From Coraliomargarita sp. (GTDB lineage Bacteria > Verrucomicrobiota > Verrucomicrobiia > Opitutales > Coraliomargaritaceae), in the NCBI GenBank assembly GCA_965216325.1, contig OZ244160.1, forward strand, positions 1,792,001-1,856,000: 64,000 bases of DNA. The letters run 5' to 3'. A program made the position numbers and the translations under genes. The notes below the pieces were generated by a model. The model had not been told where the DNA came from. It saw only the letters and a program-made list of their open reading frames with translations, and did no database searches. This document shows, piece by piece, positions 1 to 12,986 of this stretch (its first letter is position 1; each line of letters begins with the position of its first letter).

Positions 1-1003
1 CATGCCCCTTCTGCGGCACAATCTTGGTCTCGGATGAAAGCGTCATATCGCCCGCAGCCATCTGCACCATCCAACTAACCAAGTCGACCCCGGTAACCAG
101 CTCCGTGACGCCATGCTCAACCTGTAGGCGCGTGTTCACCTCGAGGAAGTAATAGTCACCAGTCGAATTGTCATAGACGAACTCAACAGTGCCAGCAGAG
201 CGATACTTCACAGCCTTAGCGAGATTGAGCGCTGCTTCCTGCAAACCATCAATCACGGCATCCGCGACATTCACCGGCGGCGTCTCTTCGATGACCTTCT
301 GATTGCGGCGCTGTGCGGAACAATCGCGCACCCCCAGAGAGACGACATTTCCCTGCCCATCACCAAAGATCTGCACTTCAAGGTGACGTGCTTGCTGGAC
401 ATATTTTTCCAGGAAGATTCCACCTTGGCCGAAATGGCTTTTACTCAGGCGTTCGACACTTTCAAAGGCATCTACCAGTTCCGCTTCGTCGGCACACACT
501 TGCATGCCGATACCACCGCCACCCGCAGTGCTCTTCAGCATCACCGGATAGCCAATGCTCACTGCAATCGTGGTAGCCTCTTCGACACTCTGAAGCAGTG
601 GACTACCCGGCACCAGAGGAACCTGATTCTCTTCCGCGATTCTCCGTGCTTCATGCTTCAGACCGAAAGAGATCATCTGCTCCGGAGTCGGACCGATGAA
701 GGCCATACCTGCCGCCTCGCAGGCCGCAGCAAAGTCTGCATTCTCACTCAGCAAACCATAGCCGGGGTGAATCGCTTGCACATGACGGTCATGGGCAATC
801 TCGAGAATCTTATCAGCCTGTAGATAACTCTCGCTCACCGGAGATGGACCAACAGAGAAGGCCTCCGTCGCCATCGCTACGTGCGGCGCATTCTTATCGG
901 CTTCCGAGTAAATCGCAACCGATTGAATACCAAGTTGATCGAGTGTGCGAATAACCCGACAGGCAATCTCACCTCGATTGGCAATAAGAACTTTAGAAAA
1001 CAT
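1..1003 (-). CDS. uca: Urea/guanidine carboxylase, N-terminal biotin carboxylase domain (runs off the window edge)
   Basis: Hand translation from ATG at 1003 gives [20 protein letters not shown]...[13 protein letters not shown]...GGGGIGM...[17 protein letters not shown]...[16 protein letters not shown]. It lies downstream of two DUF1989 genes. Absent from the ORF track because it is truncated. Confidence 0.85.
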   Translation of the reverse strand, partial: MFSKVLIANRGEIACRVIRTLDQLGIQSVAIYSEADKNAPHVAMATEAFSVGPSPVSESYLQADKILEIAHDRHVQAIHPGYGLLSENADFAAACEAAGMAFIGPTPEQMISFGLKHEARRIAEENQVPLVPGSPLLQSVEEATTIAVSIGYPVMLKSTAGGGGIGMQVCADEAELVDAFESVERLSKSHFGQGGIFLEKYVQQARHLEVQIFGDGQGNVVSLGVRDCSAQRRNQKVIEETPPVNVADAVIDGLQEAALNLAKAVKYRSAGTVEFVYDNSTGDYYFLEVNTRLQVEHGVTELVTGVDLVSWMVQMAAGDMTLSSETKIVPQKGH

Positions 1004-1013
1004 GAGTGGATAC

Positions 1014-1076
1014 GTAGCACAGGCATCTTGCCTGTGTATTAATAACTGTGATGCGCAGACTAGATGCCTACGCTAC
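1014..1076. repeat. REP-like inverted pair (GTAGCACAGGCATCTTGCCTGTG ... GACTAGATGCCTACGCTAC)
   Basis: GTAG-headed imperfect palindrome with a degenerate inverted partner in the intergenic gap. Confidence 0.6.
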
Positions 1077-1077
1077 T

Positions 1078-1713
1078 TTAATCCCAGATGAGAGCTTCAA
1101 CTGGTGTTGGGTTATAAGCGTTACAGGGGTTGTTGAGCTGTGGGCAGTTTGAGATCAGACACATAACATCACGCTCAGCTCTGAGTTCAACATAGCGCCC
1201 AGGCGCGGAGATTCCATCGGCGAACGTCAGTTTCCCTTCAGGTGTGACGGGCACATTCATGAAGAAATTAATATTACAGGTAATATCACGCTTACCAAGA
1301 TCAGGACCCCAGTGTTGGACACCGCAAATAAAGCTATCACGGCAGGCGTGCATGTGCTCCTTATCATGTGCATAGCGCATCGTATTACTTTCTCTTGAAC
1401 AGGCTCCGCCAAGCGTATCATGGCGGCCACATGTGTCAGCTACAATTCGTAGCAAAACATCGCCCTGTGTTGAAATAAGCTCCGTTCCAGTGGTCAAGTA
1501 GAGCGCTTGCTGTCGTTGAATCGTATCAGCCGCGCTATAGCGGTTTTCTGCGTCATGTGCATCGTAGAACAGTGTATCCGCTGCCTGATTTCCTTCGAGA
1601 TCAAGTATGCGCAGTGTCTGACCCTTCTTGATTTCATGTAGCCAGAAGTCTCCGGCCAAAATCACTTCACGATAAACGGCTGTTTCAGGATTGAGTGTGC
1701 TTTCGGTTAACAT
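1078..1713 (-). CDS. cgdB: Urea carboxylase-associated DUF1989 protein (carboxyguanidine deiminase subunit B-like)
   Basis: Motifs [49 protein letters not shown]; position next to the carboxylase. Confidence 0.85.
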   Translation of the reverse strand: MLTESTLNPETAVYREVILAGDFWLHEIKKGQTLRILDLEGNQAADTLFYDAHDAENRYSAADTIQRQQALYLTTGTELISTQGDVLLRIVADTCGRHDTLGGACSRESNTMRYAHDKEHMHACRDSFICGVQHWGPDLGKRDITCNINFFMNVPVTPEGKLTFADGISAPGRYVELRAERDVMCLISNCPQLNNPCNAYNPTPVEALIWD

Positions 1714-1725
1714 GGTGCTCTAGTC

Positions 1726-2475
1726 CTAAAATCTAAGTGTGTTATAATCTTCTGTATTCTCGAACGCTCGGACGTTTTCTGGTCGACAAATTCGGCACGG
1801 ATCCTCTGCCGTAGCCCGTTCATTCTTGAAGACCTCGAGTTTCACATGTCCGGGGTCATAGTCTGGATTGGGGTCCAGTGGATGTTGGCAGGTGTTGAGC
1901 ACTACAAGTGTATCCAATTCAAAGCGCAAGTCGACATAGCTCCCCGCCTTTGAGGCTCCACTCACATAACTAAGTTTACCTTCTTCATCAGATACAACTT
2001 TGCTAAACCAATTCAAATTCGGCACCAAGTCACGTTTACCAAGGCCCCACTTTGCAAGCTCGATCAAGAATGCGCGCTGTGCATCTCGGTGGCAATCATT
2101 GCGTGCTTCCTGATAATTTTTAACGCCATACTTAGCTTCTATCAGTTTCTCATCAGAGCAACCACACACAGTATCATGCCAGCCCATAGTATCTGCAGTG
2201 ATCGAACAAAACAAACGGCCCATATCTGAATGCACACAGTAAGGTGCAGTTAAATAGAAGATGTGCTGCCCCTTCAAGGTATCGGGCATATTGTAACGCT
2301 CATGCTTCTCATAAGCATTGTAGAGGAGCATACTGACATTGGCTTTGCCTTCGATATCAGTCATTCGCAGCGTCTTGCCGCGACCGATCACTTTGGACCA
2401 CATCGTCGCACCATGCAATTTCGTTTCGTATATTTTCTCGGTAGCACCAAGCGGATTGGGTATTTTTGTATTCAT
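1726..2475 (-). CDS. cgdA: Urea carboxylase-associated DUF1989 protein (carboxyguanidine deiminase subunit A-like)
   Basis: Motifs [37 protein letters not shown]. Start placed at MNTKIP to avoid overlapping the upstream gene. Confidence 0.85.
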   Translation of the reverse strand: MNTKIPNPLGATEKIYETKLHGATMWSKVIGRGKTLRMTDIEGKANVSMLLYNAYEKHERYNMPDTLKGQHIFYLTAPYCVHSDMGRLFCSITADTMGWHDTVCGCSDEKLIEAKYGVKNYQEARNDCHRDAQRAFLIELAKWGLGKRDLVPNLNWFSKVVSDEEGKLSYVSGASKAGSYVDLRFELDTLVVLNTCQHPLDPNPDYDPGHVKLEVFKNERATAEDPCRICRPENVRAFENTEDYNTLRF

Positions 2476-2498
2476 CTTTCGGATACGTTTGCAGAAAG

Positions 2499-3917
2499 TT
2501 AATATAGCCGCGCGTATTGATTGATCTCCCACTGGCTGATGCGCTGGTGGTATTGGCGCCACTCTTCAGATTTATATGTGATGAACTCATTGCGTAATTC
2601 ACTGCCAAGCACCTCCTCAACAAATGGGTCTGTGGCAAAAGCATGCACTGCTTCATCAAGACTCCGTGGCAGCTCACTGATACCACGCTCAGCGAGCTGA
2701 GCAGGTGACAGCTCGTAAAGATTGTCTTCTTGCGGATCACCCGGATCCAGTTGCTCTTTGATTCCCTGTAGGCCCGCGGCAAGCGCGAGTGCAGCCGCCA
2801 AGTATGGATTACAGGCCGCATCTGCATTACGCGATTCAACACGCCCGCCTGCCATCGGCACACGGAGCGAGTTGGTGCGGTTGTTACTACCATAGGAATT
2901 GAATACCGGAGCCCATGAGTAGTAGGGCATCAAGCCACGGCGCACCAAGCGCTTGTAGCTGTTGACCGTCGGGGCGAACGTCGCACACAAGGCTGGTCCA
3001 TGCTTCAATATACCGGCGCTGAACTGATAGCCCAAGTCTGTGAGCCCGAGGCCGCGTGGATCCTCCTCCTTTGAACATTTGAACAAGTTCTTCCCTGTCT
3101 TCTTGTCGTAGAGCGACATGTTGAAGTGCGCCCCACTGCCGGTCTTATCCGCAAACGGCTTCGGCATGAAGGTAGCAAGCAAACCTTCTTCCGCAGCATA
3201 ATGCTTAGCCATGTAACGGAAGAAGACAAAGCGGTCACACATGGTCAATGCATCGGCATATTTGAAGTCGAACTCAAACTGTGAATTTGCATCTTCATGA
3301 TCAAAGGAATACAACTCCCAGCCTAGATCATCGATAGTCGTTGCCATCTTATCGAGCCAGTCGTAACGATCCATGAATCGCTTAAAGTCGTAGCAGCTTT
3401 TCTCCAGATTATCGTCGCTATTCGGGATCTCGAGTTGCCCATCTTCGGTATGGCGGACCACGAACACCTCGCACTCGATGCCAAGATTCATACCGAAGCC
3501 CATTTCCTCTGCTTCCTTAAGAACCTTCTGCAGCACAACACGTGCATTCACCTCGTAAGGTTCTCCATGCAAAATGTTATCGGCTGGAATCCACGCCATC
3601 TCAGGGTTCCACGGCAGGGGAATGATCATTCCCAAGTCCGGAACAGAGGCGATTTCATCATCATTCGGACGCTGACCTAGACCATCTAAGGCATAGCCCG
3701 TGTAGAGCTCGGATCCATGAGCAAACTCTTCAAAGTGACTGAGTGGCACCACTTTGCCCTTAGGCACACCATGAATATCCACATAGTTGCCCGCACAATA
3801 CTTAACCCCAAGCTTTTCAAGTTCCGACTGAATCGCTCGGATCTGCTCGTCACTCCAGCGCTCCTCGCTGTAGAGATTACCCGCTGCTGTATTGTATTTG
3901 GCGTAGAATTCTTTCAT
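2499..3917 (-). CDS. Glutamine synthetase-like protein, GlnT/GmaS type (probable gamma-glutamyl-amine ligase)
   Basis: Motifs [41 protein letters not shown] (Trp at the GS Glu-flap position), NRT..RVP, NPYL. Confidence 0.85.
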   Translation of the reverse strand: MKEFYAKYNTAAGNLYSEERWSDEQIRAIQSELEKLGVKYCAGNYVDIHGVPKGKVVPLSHFEEFAHGSELYTGYALDGLGQRPNDDEIASVPDLGMIIPLPWNPEMAWIPADNILHGEPYEVNARVVLQKVLKEAEEMGFGMNLGIECEVFVVRHTEDGQLEIPNSDDNLEKSCYDFKRFMDRYDWLDKMATTIDDLGWELYSFDHEDANSQFEFDFKYADALTMCDRFVFFRYMAKHYAAEEGLLATFMPKPFADKTGSGAHFNMSLYDKKTGKNLFKCSKEEDPRGLGLTDLGYQFSAGILKHGPALCATFAPTVNSYKRLVRRGLMPYYSWAPVFNSYGSNNRTNSLRVPMAGGRVESRNADAACNPYLAAALALAAGLQGIKEQLDPGDPQEDNLYELSPAQLAERGISELPRSLDEAVHAFATDPFVEEVLGSELRNEFITYKSEEWRQYHQRISQWEINQYARLY

Positions 3918-3930
3918 TTGTATTCAGATC

Positions 3931-4707
3931 TTAGATACGTTGAAAATACGATGTAGCGAGTGGTGCTTTCTCCACCAATCCTGCTTCAATACGTGTTGCT
4001 AGTTCGGTGACTATCTGCTCGAAGAGTCGTTCGCCTGCGCTCTGAGTTGCTTCACTTGGTTTGCCAGTCACACCATTTGTACTGGTGCGGTTAACCGGAT
4101 GCGCGAACACACAGTCAGCGGTTCGATCAGGATCATCCGAGCACTTTAGGAAATCAGGACGCACCATGCGTGGCGCAAGGGACATCATCAGGCTGGTTTC
4201 GGCAGCATTCGCATGCCAATCGTCACCATCTGTTGTGAAGGCAGCTTCTATTTCCGGCGAAAGATCACCATCATTAAAGGCTGCGATCATCAAATCATCA
4301 TACCGGCAGCGCATTGTGTCTAAAGCGCAGCGAACTGCAGCGGCATTGCCCACATGGCAATTAACCATGAACCATCGGCGGATACCAGCCTTATAGAGCC
4401 AATCACCAATATCGCAAAGAACCGCGATCATCGTTGTTGGGCTCAACGCCAAAGTCCCAGGCCAGCGGTGCGAATGACCAATCGAGCAGCCATAACCGAG
4501 GGTTGGTAACATTGGCACATTGGTGCGCTGTGCGACTTCACGGCACAGCTTATCAGCGAGGACACTATCCATGCCTGTTCCCAGATGAGGACCATGTTGC
4601 TCGGTCGCTCCCAGCGGCAGAATCGCGGCATCACAGCCACTCTTGATGGCATCAAGAATCTCTGGCCATGTCATCTCACTCCACTGACTGTTCATAAGCT
4701 CGGCCAT
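3931..4707 (-). CDS. Creatininase-family amidohydrolase
   Basis: Motifs [45 protein letters not shown]. Confidence 0.9.
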   Translation of the reverse strand: MAELMNSQWSEMTWPEILDAIKSGCDAAILPLGATEQHGPHLGTGMDSVLADKLCREVAQRTNVPMLPTLGYGCSIGHSHRWPGTLALSPTTMIAVLCDIGDWLYKAGIRRWFMVNCHVGNAAAVRCALDTMRCRYDDLMIAAFNDGDLSPEIEAAFTTDGDDWHANAAETSLMMSLAPRMVRPDFLKCSDDPDRTADCVFAHPVNRTSTNGVTGKPSEATQSAGERLFEQIVTELATRIEAGLVEKAPLATSYFQRI

Positions 4708-4709
4708 GT

Positions 4710-5609
4710 TTATTCAACATCATCGTTCGCACTCGTCATACGCACCATTGGCAAGGCATGATCTTCGGCGTCTGTCTTTGGGTGAATTAAATCTTCGAGA
4801 CGTTGCTTGGTCGCAAGAAACTCGGGACTCAGCATACAGTCGGGTGTGCGTGGTCGTGGCACCGGCACTTCGATGAACTCGTGAATCTCGCCCGGGTTCG
4901 CCTTCAAAACCAAGATCCGGTCGGAGAGATAGATTGCTTCGTCCAAATCGTGTGTGACGAACATGATCGTGACGTCGACATTGCGCCAGATCTGCAGCAA
5001 GTGGGATTGCATCTGGCAGCGTGTGTGCGGATCCAACGCACCAAAAGGCTCATCCATAAAGAGAATCTGCGGCTGGTTTGCTAACGCACGGGCAATCGCA
5101 ACGCGTTGCTTCATACCTCCTGAGAGCTGACTAGGATACTTCTCAGCCGCATGTGCGAGGCCAACAAGTTCGATCCACTGCAGCGCTTCTTGCTCAACGG
5201 CGGTGCCGGAACGTCCGTTGACTTCTAGGCCAAACATTACGTTCTTTTTCACACTCAGCCATGGAAAGAGTGTATAGCCCTGGAAGACCATACCACGGTC
5301 CGCACCCGGGCCGCTTGGCTCTTCACCATCGAGAAGGAAACTACCACCTGAAAGCGTTTCCAAACCAGCAAGCATACGAATCAGTGTCGACTTACCGCAA
5401 CCCGACGGTCCAATCACCGAAATGAACTCGCGGCGATGCATGTTAAATTCAATCGGGCTGAGCACATCGACGGTGCCCTTGGCAGTGGTGAAGCTCTTGC
5501 TAACACCTTTAACCTCCAGCTTTATTGGTCGCTTGTATATCTCGGCGAACCGTGCACGGACGGCTTCGCTTTGCTCTTTGTAGCTCGGTAGTTCGATTAC
5601 ATCGTTCAT
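4710..5609 (-). CDS. ABC transporter ATP-binding protein (NitT/TauB family)
   Basis: Walker [31 protein letters not shown]. Confidence 0.95.
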   Translation of the reverse strand: MNDVIELPSYKEQSEAVRARFAEIYKRPIKLEVKGVSKSFTTAKGTVDVLSPIEFNMHRREFISVIGPSGCGKSTLIRMLAGLETLSGGSFLLDGEEPSGPGADRGMVFQGYTLFPWLSVKKNVMFGLEVNGRSGTAVEQEALQWIELVGLAHAAEKYPSQLSGGMKQRVAIARALANQPQILFMDEPFGALDPHTRCQMQSHLLQIWRNVDVTIMFVTHDLDEAIYLSDRILVLKANPGEIHEFIEVPVPRPRTPDCMLSPEFLATKQRLEDLIHPKTDAEDHALPMVRMTSANDDVE

Positions 5610-5612
5610 TGC

Positions 5613-6998
5613 TTATGCCTTTCCGTTAACAGGTGAGTCGTAGACCTTGCGGTCGAAAATCCAGAAGAAGAATCGTCCAATCAAACCGTGCTTCTTTTCA
5701 GAGGCTTCCGGTGTCCATGGGAAGAGATACTTTCGCAGGGATGAGAGGATTTGGTCGGTCGTGAAACCGGTGATACCAATTAGAATGATGATCGGGAACA
5801 CACTATCGAAGTTGCGCCAGCGGCCTTGCGTCTCGAGGAACTCAGTCAAACCACTCTTCACACCAATGAGCTCCGCAATCACCAGCCAAGTCCAAGCCCA
5901 GCCGAGCAAGATTCGTAGGTCATTAAATAAATTCGGCGTAATCCCCGGTAAAATAACACGACGAATAAGTGTCATGTTCTTCGCGCCGAGTGTTTGGGCG
6001 GCTTCAATCAGAGAGGCATCGAGTTGACGCGTTGTATTCGCGACCACCAGCACGAGTTGGAAGAAGGTGCCGACAAAGACCAAGGCGATCTTGGGTGCGT
6101 CATGCGCGAGAAAGATTGCAACCAAGAGCGTGCTGAACGCCGGTGCTGGCATATAGCGGAAGAAATCGATAAAGGGCTCAAAGAGACGAGAAAAAAAATC
6201 AAAGGTCCCACAGAGAACGCCAAGTGGCACACCGAACAAAGCCGCCATCAAGAAACCGAGGAAGACGATCTTCAGCGAGTGTTTATAGCGCTCAAACATG
6301 GATGGCTTGTCCCCATCCGAAGTGAAGGTGAAATCGTCGATACCCTTGAGCATTACCTCGTGTGGTGCAGGTAGATAAACTGGATTGGCCGACTTTCCTT
6401 GCGGAACCAACTTTTCAAGTGGTGTTTCTGGTAGCAACTTCGAGGCAAACTCCGGCGAACGCTCCGACATCAAGACCCAGTTGCGCTCGATGATCGAACG
6501 GTTCTCGTCGGTGAACTTGACCTTCGTTTCCTCCAGTTCCCCTTCAGCAACATCACGCCAGACATAATAAAGTAATTCATCCTGATCCTTTTCATCCTTG
6601 GTTAGCCACCCATTGGCCACTGCAACTGATGAGATGTGTCGCATCTTCTTAACATTTGCACGGCGGATTCGCGAAGCGCTGCCTTCGACCTCATCGGACT
6701 GACGGGCTTCTAGGATGGCCGTGTTATCGGATTGAATTGCAGCGACAAACTCTGGGAAATAATCCTTCGATAAGTGATCTCCCGAAGTGAATACAGTCGT
6801 TACATCCTCACGATCTGCAGAGATCTGCAACTTTACATCTGGATGCCAAATAAATGGTGTGTAGCTAACAAATGCCCAAACAAGCAATGGCAGCATAAAC
6901 GACAAGATTGTCAGGAGAGTGCGGCGTTTCGCACTGAGCTCTTTGCGTATGGCAAACCAAGATGGCTGAGCTTTCTTACTGTTTTTTGCGATACTCAT
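5613..6998 (-). CDS. ABC transporter permease (NitT/TauC family) with a large soluble insertion
   Basis: [11 protein letters not shown] motif [24 protein letters not shown]. Confidence 0.9.
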   Translation of the reverse strand: MSIAKNSKKAQPSWFAIRKELSAKRRTLLTILSFMLPLLVWAFVSYTPFIWHPDVKLQISADREDVTTVFTSGDHLSKDYFPEFVAAIQSDNTAILEARQSDEVEGSASRIRRANVKKMRHISSVAVANGWLTKDEKDQDELLYYVWRDVAEGELEETKVKFTDENRSIIERNWVLMSERSPEFASKLLPETPLEKLVPQGKSANPVYLPAPHEVMLKGIDDFTFTSDGDKPSMFERYKHSLKIVFLGFLMAALFGVPLGVLCGTFDFFSRLFEPFIDFFRYMPAPAFSTLLVAIFLAHDAPKIALVFVGTFFQLVLVVANTTRQLDASLIEAAQTLGAKNMTLIRRVILPGITPNLFNDLRILLGWAWTWLVIAELIGVKSGLTEFLETQGRWRNFDSVFPIIILIGITGFTTDQILSSLRKYLFPWTPEASEKKHGLIGRFFFWIFDRKVYDSPVNGKA

Positions 6999-7034
6999 GC
7001 AGAGATTGTTGCAGATCAGTCCTTACTTTTGGGC

Positions 7035-7066
7035 AAAAAGAAGGCGGGCCGGGTCCGGCCCGCCTT
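7035..7066 (-). terminator. Hairpin with U-tract between the binding-protein and permease genes (partial terminator or mRNA stabiliser)
   Basis: AAGGCGGGCCGG-GT-CCGGCCCGCCTT, with a T-run after it on the minus strand. Confidence 0.65.
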
Positions 7067-7106
7067 GAACACTAACTAACCAATAGGTTAAAAAAGGGTA
7101 AGTGGA

Positions 7107-8108
7107 TTACTTGAGCGACTCTGCGTATTCGAGCACCAGACTTGGGTCCAGATACTTGTCGGTATCGAGGTTTTCCTCGTAAACGCCCTGGTCGACATTG
7201 AACTGGTCAGCGATTACAGTGGAACCGTAAACCGAACCGAGGCCTTCAGCCTTCTTCCAAATTGGAAGCGCTTCTTCGAGACTCAGGATGTATGTGCCTT
7301 CGAAGAAGGGTTCGTATTCTTCAGGTGAAATTTCAACACGTGCTGCAAGGATCTCGAGTGCCTCATCGAGGTTGTCTTCATCCTTGAGGAAATCGACGAT
7401 CTTATACCAGACCTTCACGACCTTCGCCCAATCATCGCGACGCTTTTCAAGGCTTTCTGGGTCAACCGAAAGCAGATCGTAAATGATACCCGGTGCGTCC
7501 GCAGAGGTCAGCACAGGTGTGGAACCTGGAACCGTCTTGAGCGCTTGACCGGAGTTTGGCTGCCATGCACCAATGGCGTCGACCGCGCCAGATGCAAGCA
7601 CCTGTGGTGTTTCGTTGGTTGGAACGTTGACGATTTCAAACTCGGAAGGATCGATACCTGCGAGCTCAGCACCCTTAAGAAGTAGAAGATGAATCACGAA
7701 ACCTTCTTCGAGGCCAATCTTCTTACCCTTGAGGTCTGCCAGTGTTTTGATACCCGGCGCTGCAACGACCATGTCGTTACCATTTGAGTAGTCGTTGATG
7801 ATAATGCCGACCGAAGGCTTACCAGTACCTCCGGTAACGAGTGCATCACCATTGGTCATCGTCACTGCATCAATAAGGCCAGCGGCGTAAGCATCCATCG
7901 ACGCGACATAGTCCATCCATTGAAATTCGACCGCAATGCCTTCTTCTTCAAACCAGCCCTTATCGATACCGATTTGCCAAGCGACCCATCCCGGCCAGTC
8001 GCTGTAGCCGATCTTAAGTGGTTCTTTGGCGGACAGTGCAGAGCCGACGAAGAGGCTCGTAACACAGAGGAGAGTAGCCTTGAAGGCCGAGGTCTTGATT
8101 TTGAACAT
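7107..8108 (-). CDS. ABC transporter substrate-binding protein (urea carboxylase-associated, NMT1/SsuA-like)
   Basis: Signal peptide; [37 protein letters not shown]. Start placed at MFKIK, after an AAGGA RBS. Confidence 0.9.
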   Translation of the reverse strand: MFKIKTSAFKATLLCVTSLFVGSALSAKEPLKIGYSDWPGWVAWQIGIDKGWFEEEGIAVEFQWMDYVASMDAYAAGLIDAVTMTNGDALVTGGTGKPSVGIIINDYSNGNDMVVAAPGIKTLADLKGKKIGLEEGFVIHLLLLKGAELAGIDPSEFEIVNVPTNETPQVLASGAVDAIGAWQPNSGQALKTVPGSTPVLTSADAPGIIYDLLSVDPESLEKRRDDWAKVVKVWYKIVDFLKDEDNLDEALEILAARVEISPEEYEPFFEGTYILSLEEALPIWKKAEGLGSVYGSTVIADQFNVDQGVYEENLDTDKYLDPSLVLEYAESLK

Positions 8109-8195
8109 GATCAATTTCCTTAGATGTGTAGCTAGTAAGTCTTTCTCGTAGAGAACACGTCCTTCGACAGATCGGCCGAAGACAGGCACAGGATT

Positions 8196-8211
8196 TGCAG
8201 AAAGCATGCCA
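8196..8211 (-). promoter_or_regulatory. Sigma54 (-24/-12) promoter of the ABC/carboxylase operon
   Basis: Minus strand reads TGGCATGCTTTCTGCA, matching TGGCACG-N4-TTGCW with exact GG/GC spacing, about 90 bp upstream of the first gene. Confidence 0.75.
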
Positions 8212-8233
8212 ACCCTCGAAAAGTGTTGAAAAA

Positions 8234-8261
8234 GTAATATGAATAAACCTGAAAGTATTAC
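8234..8261. promoter_or_regulatory. NikR-type operator GTAATA-N16-TATTAC
   Basis: Perfect 6-16-6 inverted repeat between the divergent genes; same geometry as the E. coli NikR operator GTATGA-N16-TCATAC. Confidence 0.8.
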
Positions 8262-8287
8262 GATTTTCTAAACTCACAGCTATTCGT

Positions 8288-8743
8288 ATGACGATGGACA
8301 AAAATGATCATAAGGCGACTGCCGCCCGTATCAGTGTTTCGCTACCTCCACAGCTTGCCGCAGCGCTTGACAGGATGATTGAAGAGCGTGGCTTCCATAA
8401 TCGCTCGCAAGCGATTGCGGATATGATTCAGCAACAGCTAATTGAGCATCAGCAGGAGAAAAGCGATGCGGTCATGGCTGGCACGATCACGCTCATCTAC
8501 AATACTGCCAAGCCTGAACTCTTACAGAAGCTAACGCGTATTCAGCGTGAGCACATCCAAGAATGTATCAGCAGCCAGCATGTGCAGTTGGAAGGCGATT
8601 ACATCATGGAAGTTGTCTTGGTCCAAGGCCCGGTGCAGCGACTTCGTGAGATCACCGACCGTATGATCACCTGTAAAGGCGTCAGTTTCGGACGGCTGAC
8701 GCTCACAGATAAACTGATTCCGCAGGTGCACGGCCGCGGATAA
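8288..8743 (+). CDS. NikR-family ribbon-helix-helix regulator with a degenerate Ni site
   Basis: RISVSLP...[24 protein letters not shown] domain plus a C-terminal ACT-like domain (GTITLIYN...HV...MEVVLVQG...KGV..GRL). Confidence 0.9.
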   Translation: MTMDKNDHKATAARISVSLPPQLAAALDRMIEERGFHNRSQAIADMIQQQLIEHQQEKSDAVMAGTITLIYNTAKPELLQKLTRIQREHIQECISSQHVQLEGDYIMEVVLVQGPVQRLREITDRMITCKGVSFGRLTLTDKLIPQVHGRG

Positions 8744-8928
8744 TTGCGCATTTCTGCAAATGCTTTTCATATTATGCAGTATTCCTCGGAAACAACTTGG
8801 CGTAAATTTGGATCTTTTAACGCGCTTCATCCGATGCATGACTGTATTTCACCCTATCAAATAGAGTCGGCACTTGCGTTTGGAAGCGGATCACATTTTT
8901 TCGGCAAATCACTAACCCACAGAATACT

Positions 8929-10434
<1,506 letters not shown>

Positions 10435-10445
10435 TTCGATGTAAC

Positions 10446-10471
10446 GGCGGGCGCCCCATGGCACGCCCCTA
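10446..10471 (+). repeat. REP-like element, family GGCGGGCGC-N-CGCCCCTA(C) (also at 45041-45068 and 60917-60945)
   Basis: Three intergenic copies with conserved arms and variable loops, each next to a terminator. Confidence 0.6.
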
Positions 10472-10477
10472 ATTTTT

Positions 10478-10507
10478 CAAAGCCTCCCGGAAACGGGGGG
10501 CTTTTTT
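10478..10507 (+). terminator. Intrinsic terminator of gnd
   Basis: AAAGCCTCCCG-GAAA-CGGGGGGCTTTTTT. Confidence 0.85.
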
Positions 10508-10639
10508 CGTATCAGAATTCCTTTAGATCAGCTGTAAAATGCGTGCAGGCGATCAGCATCTCAAGCTAGACAATGTGATCGCGTATTAGTGCCCTCGCAT
10601 TCAAAGATCAATAAACTCAGCGAACTAACAAATTATCAG

Positions 10640-11524
10640 TTAGGATACCGACTTCCCGAAGTAGGACAACAGCCACATTTCTTTCCACAGACGATAACGG
10701 CCATTGTAGGTAATCTGTCCCTCTTCTTCCTGATGCATACGGTGCACCAAAAAGCCGTAATCCGTATTTAACCGCTCCAAGATCCGTTGCTGCTCATTGA
10801 TTTCCTCAAGCGGTGTATCTTCGAAAGGAATCGATATCATATTCGACTTAAGCAGGCGCTTGTAATGATAATTAAGCAATCGTGGCAGACGGCCTATTAG
10901 CGGCTTCCTAGACTGATTCCAGGCCTCTGGATAGTAACCACCAAAGGGCAAGAAATGATTGTCGGTAATCAGGCGCTGTCCGTCCTCACCAATCGTGCTA
11001 ATTGTATAACAAGCAGCGGCGTCTCCCTTACGTTTCGGAACAAAAAGCACCTGAATACGGGTTAACTGATCATCGCTTTCGTAAACCGAAGCACGTAAAA
11101 ATGTATCTTCAAAAAGCTCAGCCTTAAGCGCACAGACAGGCTTAAAGTCCTGCTTTCGCAACCAATCCTTTAATTCGATAAGCTCCTTATCGACAGGCCA
11201 TTCATCCCCATCATGGTTCACTCTAAAACTCGGAAACAATGGTAGATCGCTATTGCTGAGTGCTTTGATCGCAATCCAGTTGTAGCCAGTCTCCAACAAA
11301 AACCAAATACACAGTCCAGTGACAAAATGCACCCAATCCGGCCGCAAGGATAGTTCTGTAGCACGCAGAATAAAGGCAAAGATCGCTGCAAATAAAAACC
11401 AACGCATCCAGCGTGCGAGCACGTTCAACACTGGAAGTTGCACACGCCCACCGAGAATGGGTAAGAAAATCGCAAGCAAGGCACAGGCTAGAAGCAGGTA
11501 TTCGACTGTAGTTTCGTTAAGCAT
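10640..11524 (-). CDS. Hypothetical membrane protein (about three N-terminal TM helices plus a soluble domain)
   Basis: 294-aa ORF with a hydrophobic N-terminus; no recognised motif. Confidence 0.75.
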   Translation of the reverse strand: MLNETTVEYLLLACALLAIFLPILGGRVQLPVLNVLARWMRWFLFAAIFAFILRATELSLRPDWVHFVTGLCIWFLLETGYNWIAIKALSNSDLPLFPSFRVNHDGDEWPVDKELIELKDWLRKQDFKPVCALKAELFEDTFLRASVYESDDQLTRIQVLFVPKRKGDAAACYTISTIGEDGQRLITDNHFLPFGGYYPEAWNQSRKPLIGRLPRLLNYHYKRLLKSNMISIPFEDTPLEEINEQQRILERLNTDYGFLVHRMHQEEEGQITYNGRYRLWKEMWLLSYFGKSVS

Positions 11525-11530
11525 TTAATG

Positions 11531-11559
11531 AAAAAGGACGACCACTCAGGCCGTCCTTT
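11531..11559 (-). terminator. Probable terminator after dnaN
   Basis: AAAGGACG...CGTCCTTT stem with a T-run on the minus strand. Confidence 0.6.
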
Positions 11560-11589
11560 GGAAAATGAACAGTGAACGGAGTTCCCTAA

Positions 11590-12717
<1,128 letters not shown>

Positions 12718-12754
12718 GGTGAGATTTGTCGGGTTTTTACGGAGTTGTGGCAAT

Positions 12755-12982
12755 CCTTATATAATAGATACCTTTTTAATTAATTAATCTCTCAGTAACA
12801 GTATATGTGGTGAACGGTGAGGAAAACTCATCAAGTATTTGCGGGCAAGTTATTTAGAGCAGATTTTTGGTGTGAAGAAGGTGGTTAAGAAAATGTGGCG
12901 GAGGTGAATGATGGGAATAAGTTTTTTTACGTTCACAGTAAGTTCACGACAGTTCACGTTCTATTCACAGCTTACTCACACT
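12755..12982. other. Probable replication origin (oriC)
   Basis: AT-rich tract (12757-12789), DnaA-trio-like CAG TAA CAG TAT (12793-12804), then about a dozen degenerate DnaA boxes: reverse TGTGGTGAA, TGAGGAAAA, TGTGAAGAA, TGGGAATAA and forward ACGTTCACA, CTATTCACA, TTACTCACA. Confidence 0.75.
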
Positions 12983-12986
12983 GGTT

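Noticed and set aside
2499..3917. Housekeeping glnA
   Set aside because: Lacks the YEAP Glu-flap (has SWAP) and sits in a catabolic operon; GmaS/GlnT-like instead.
8109..8190. Guanidine riboswitch in the carboxylase operon leader
   Set aside because: Two small hairpins are present (one contains ACGA), but there are no twin ACGR-loop stems and no guanidine-I or -III conserved blocks; needs cmscan to exclude formally.
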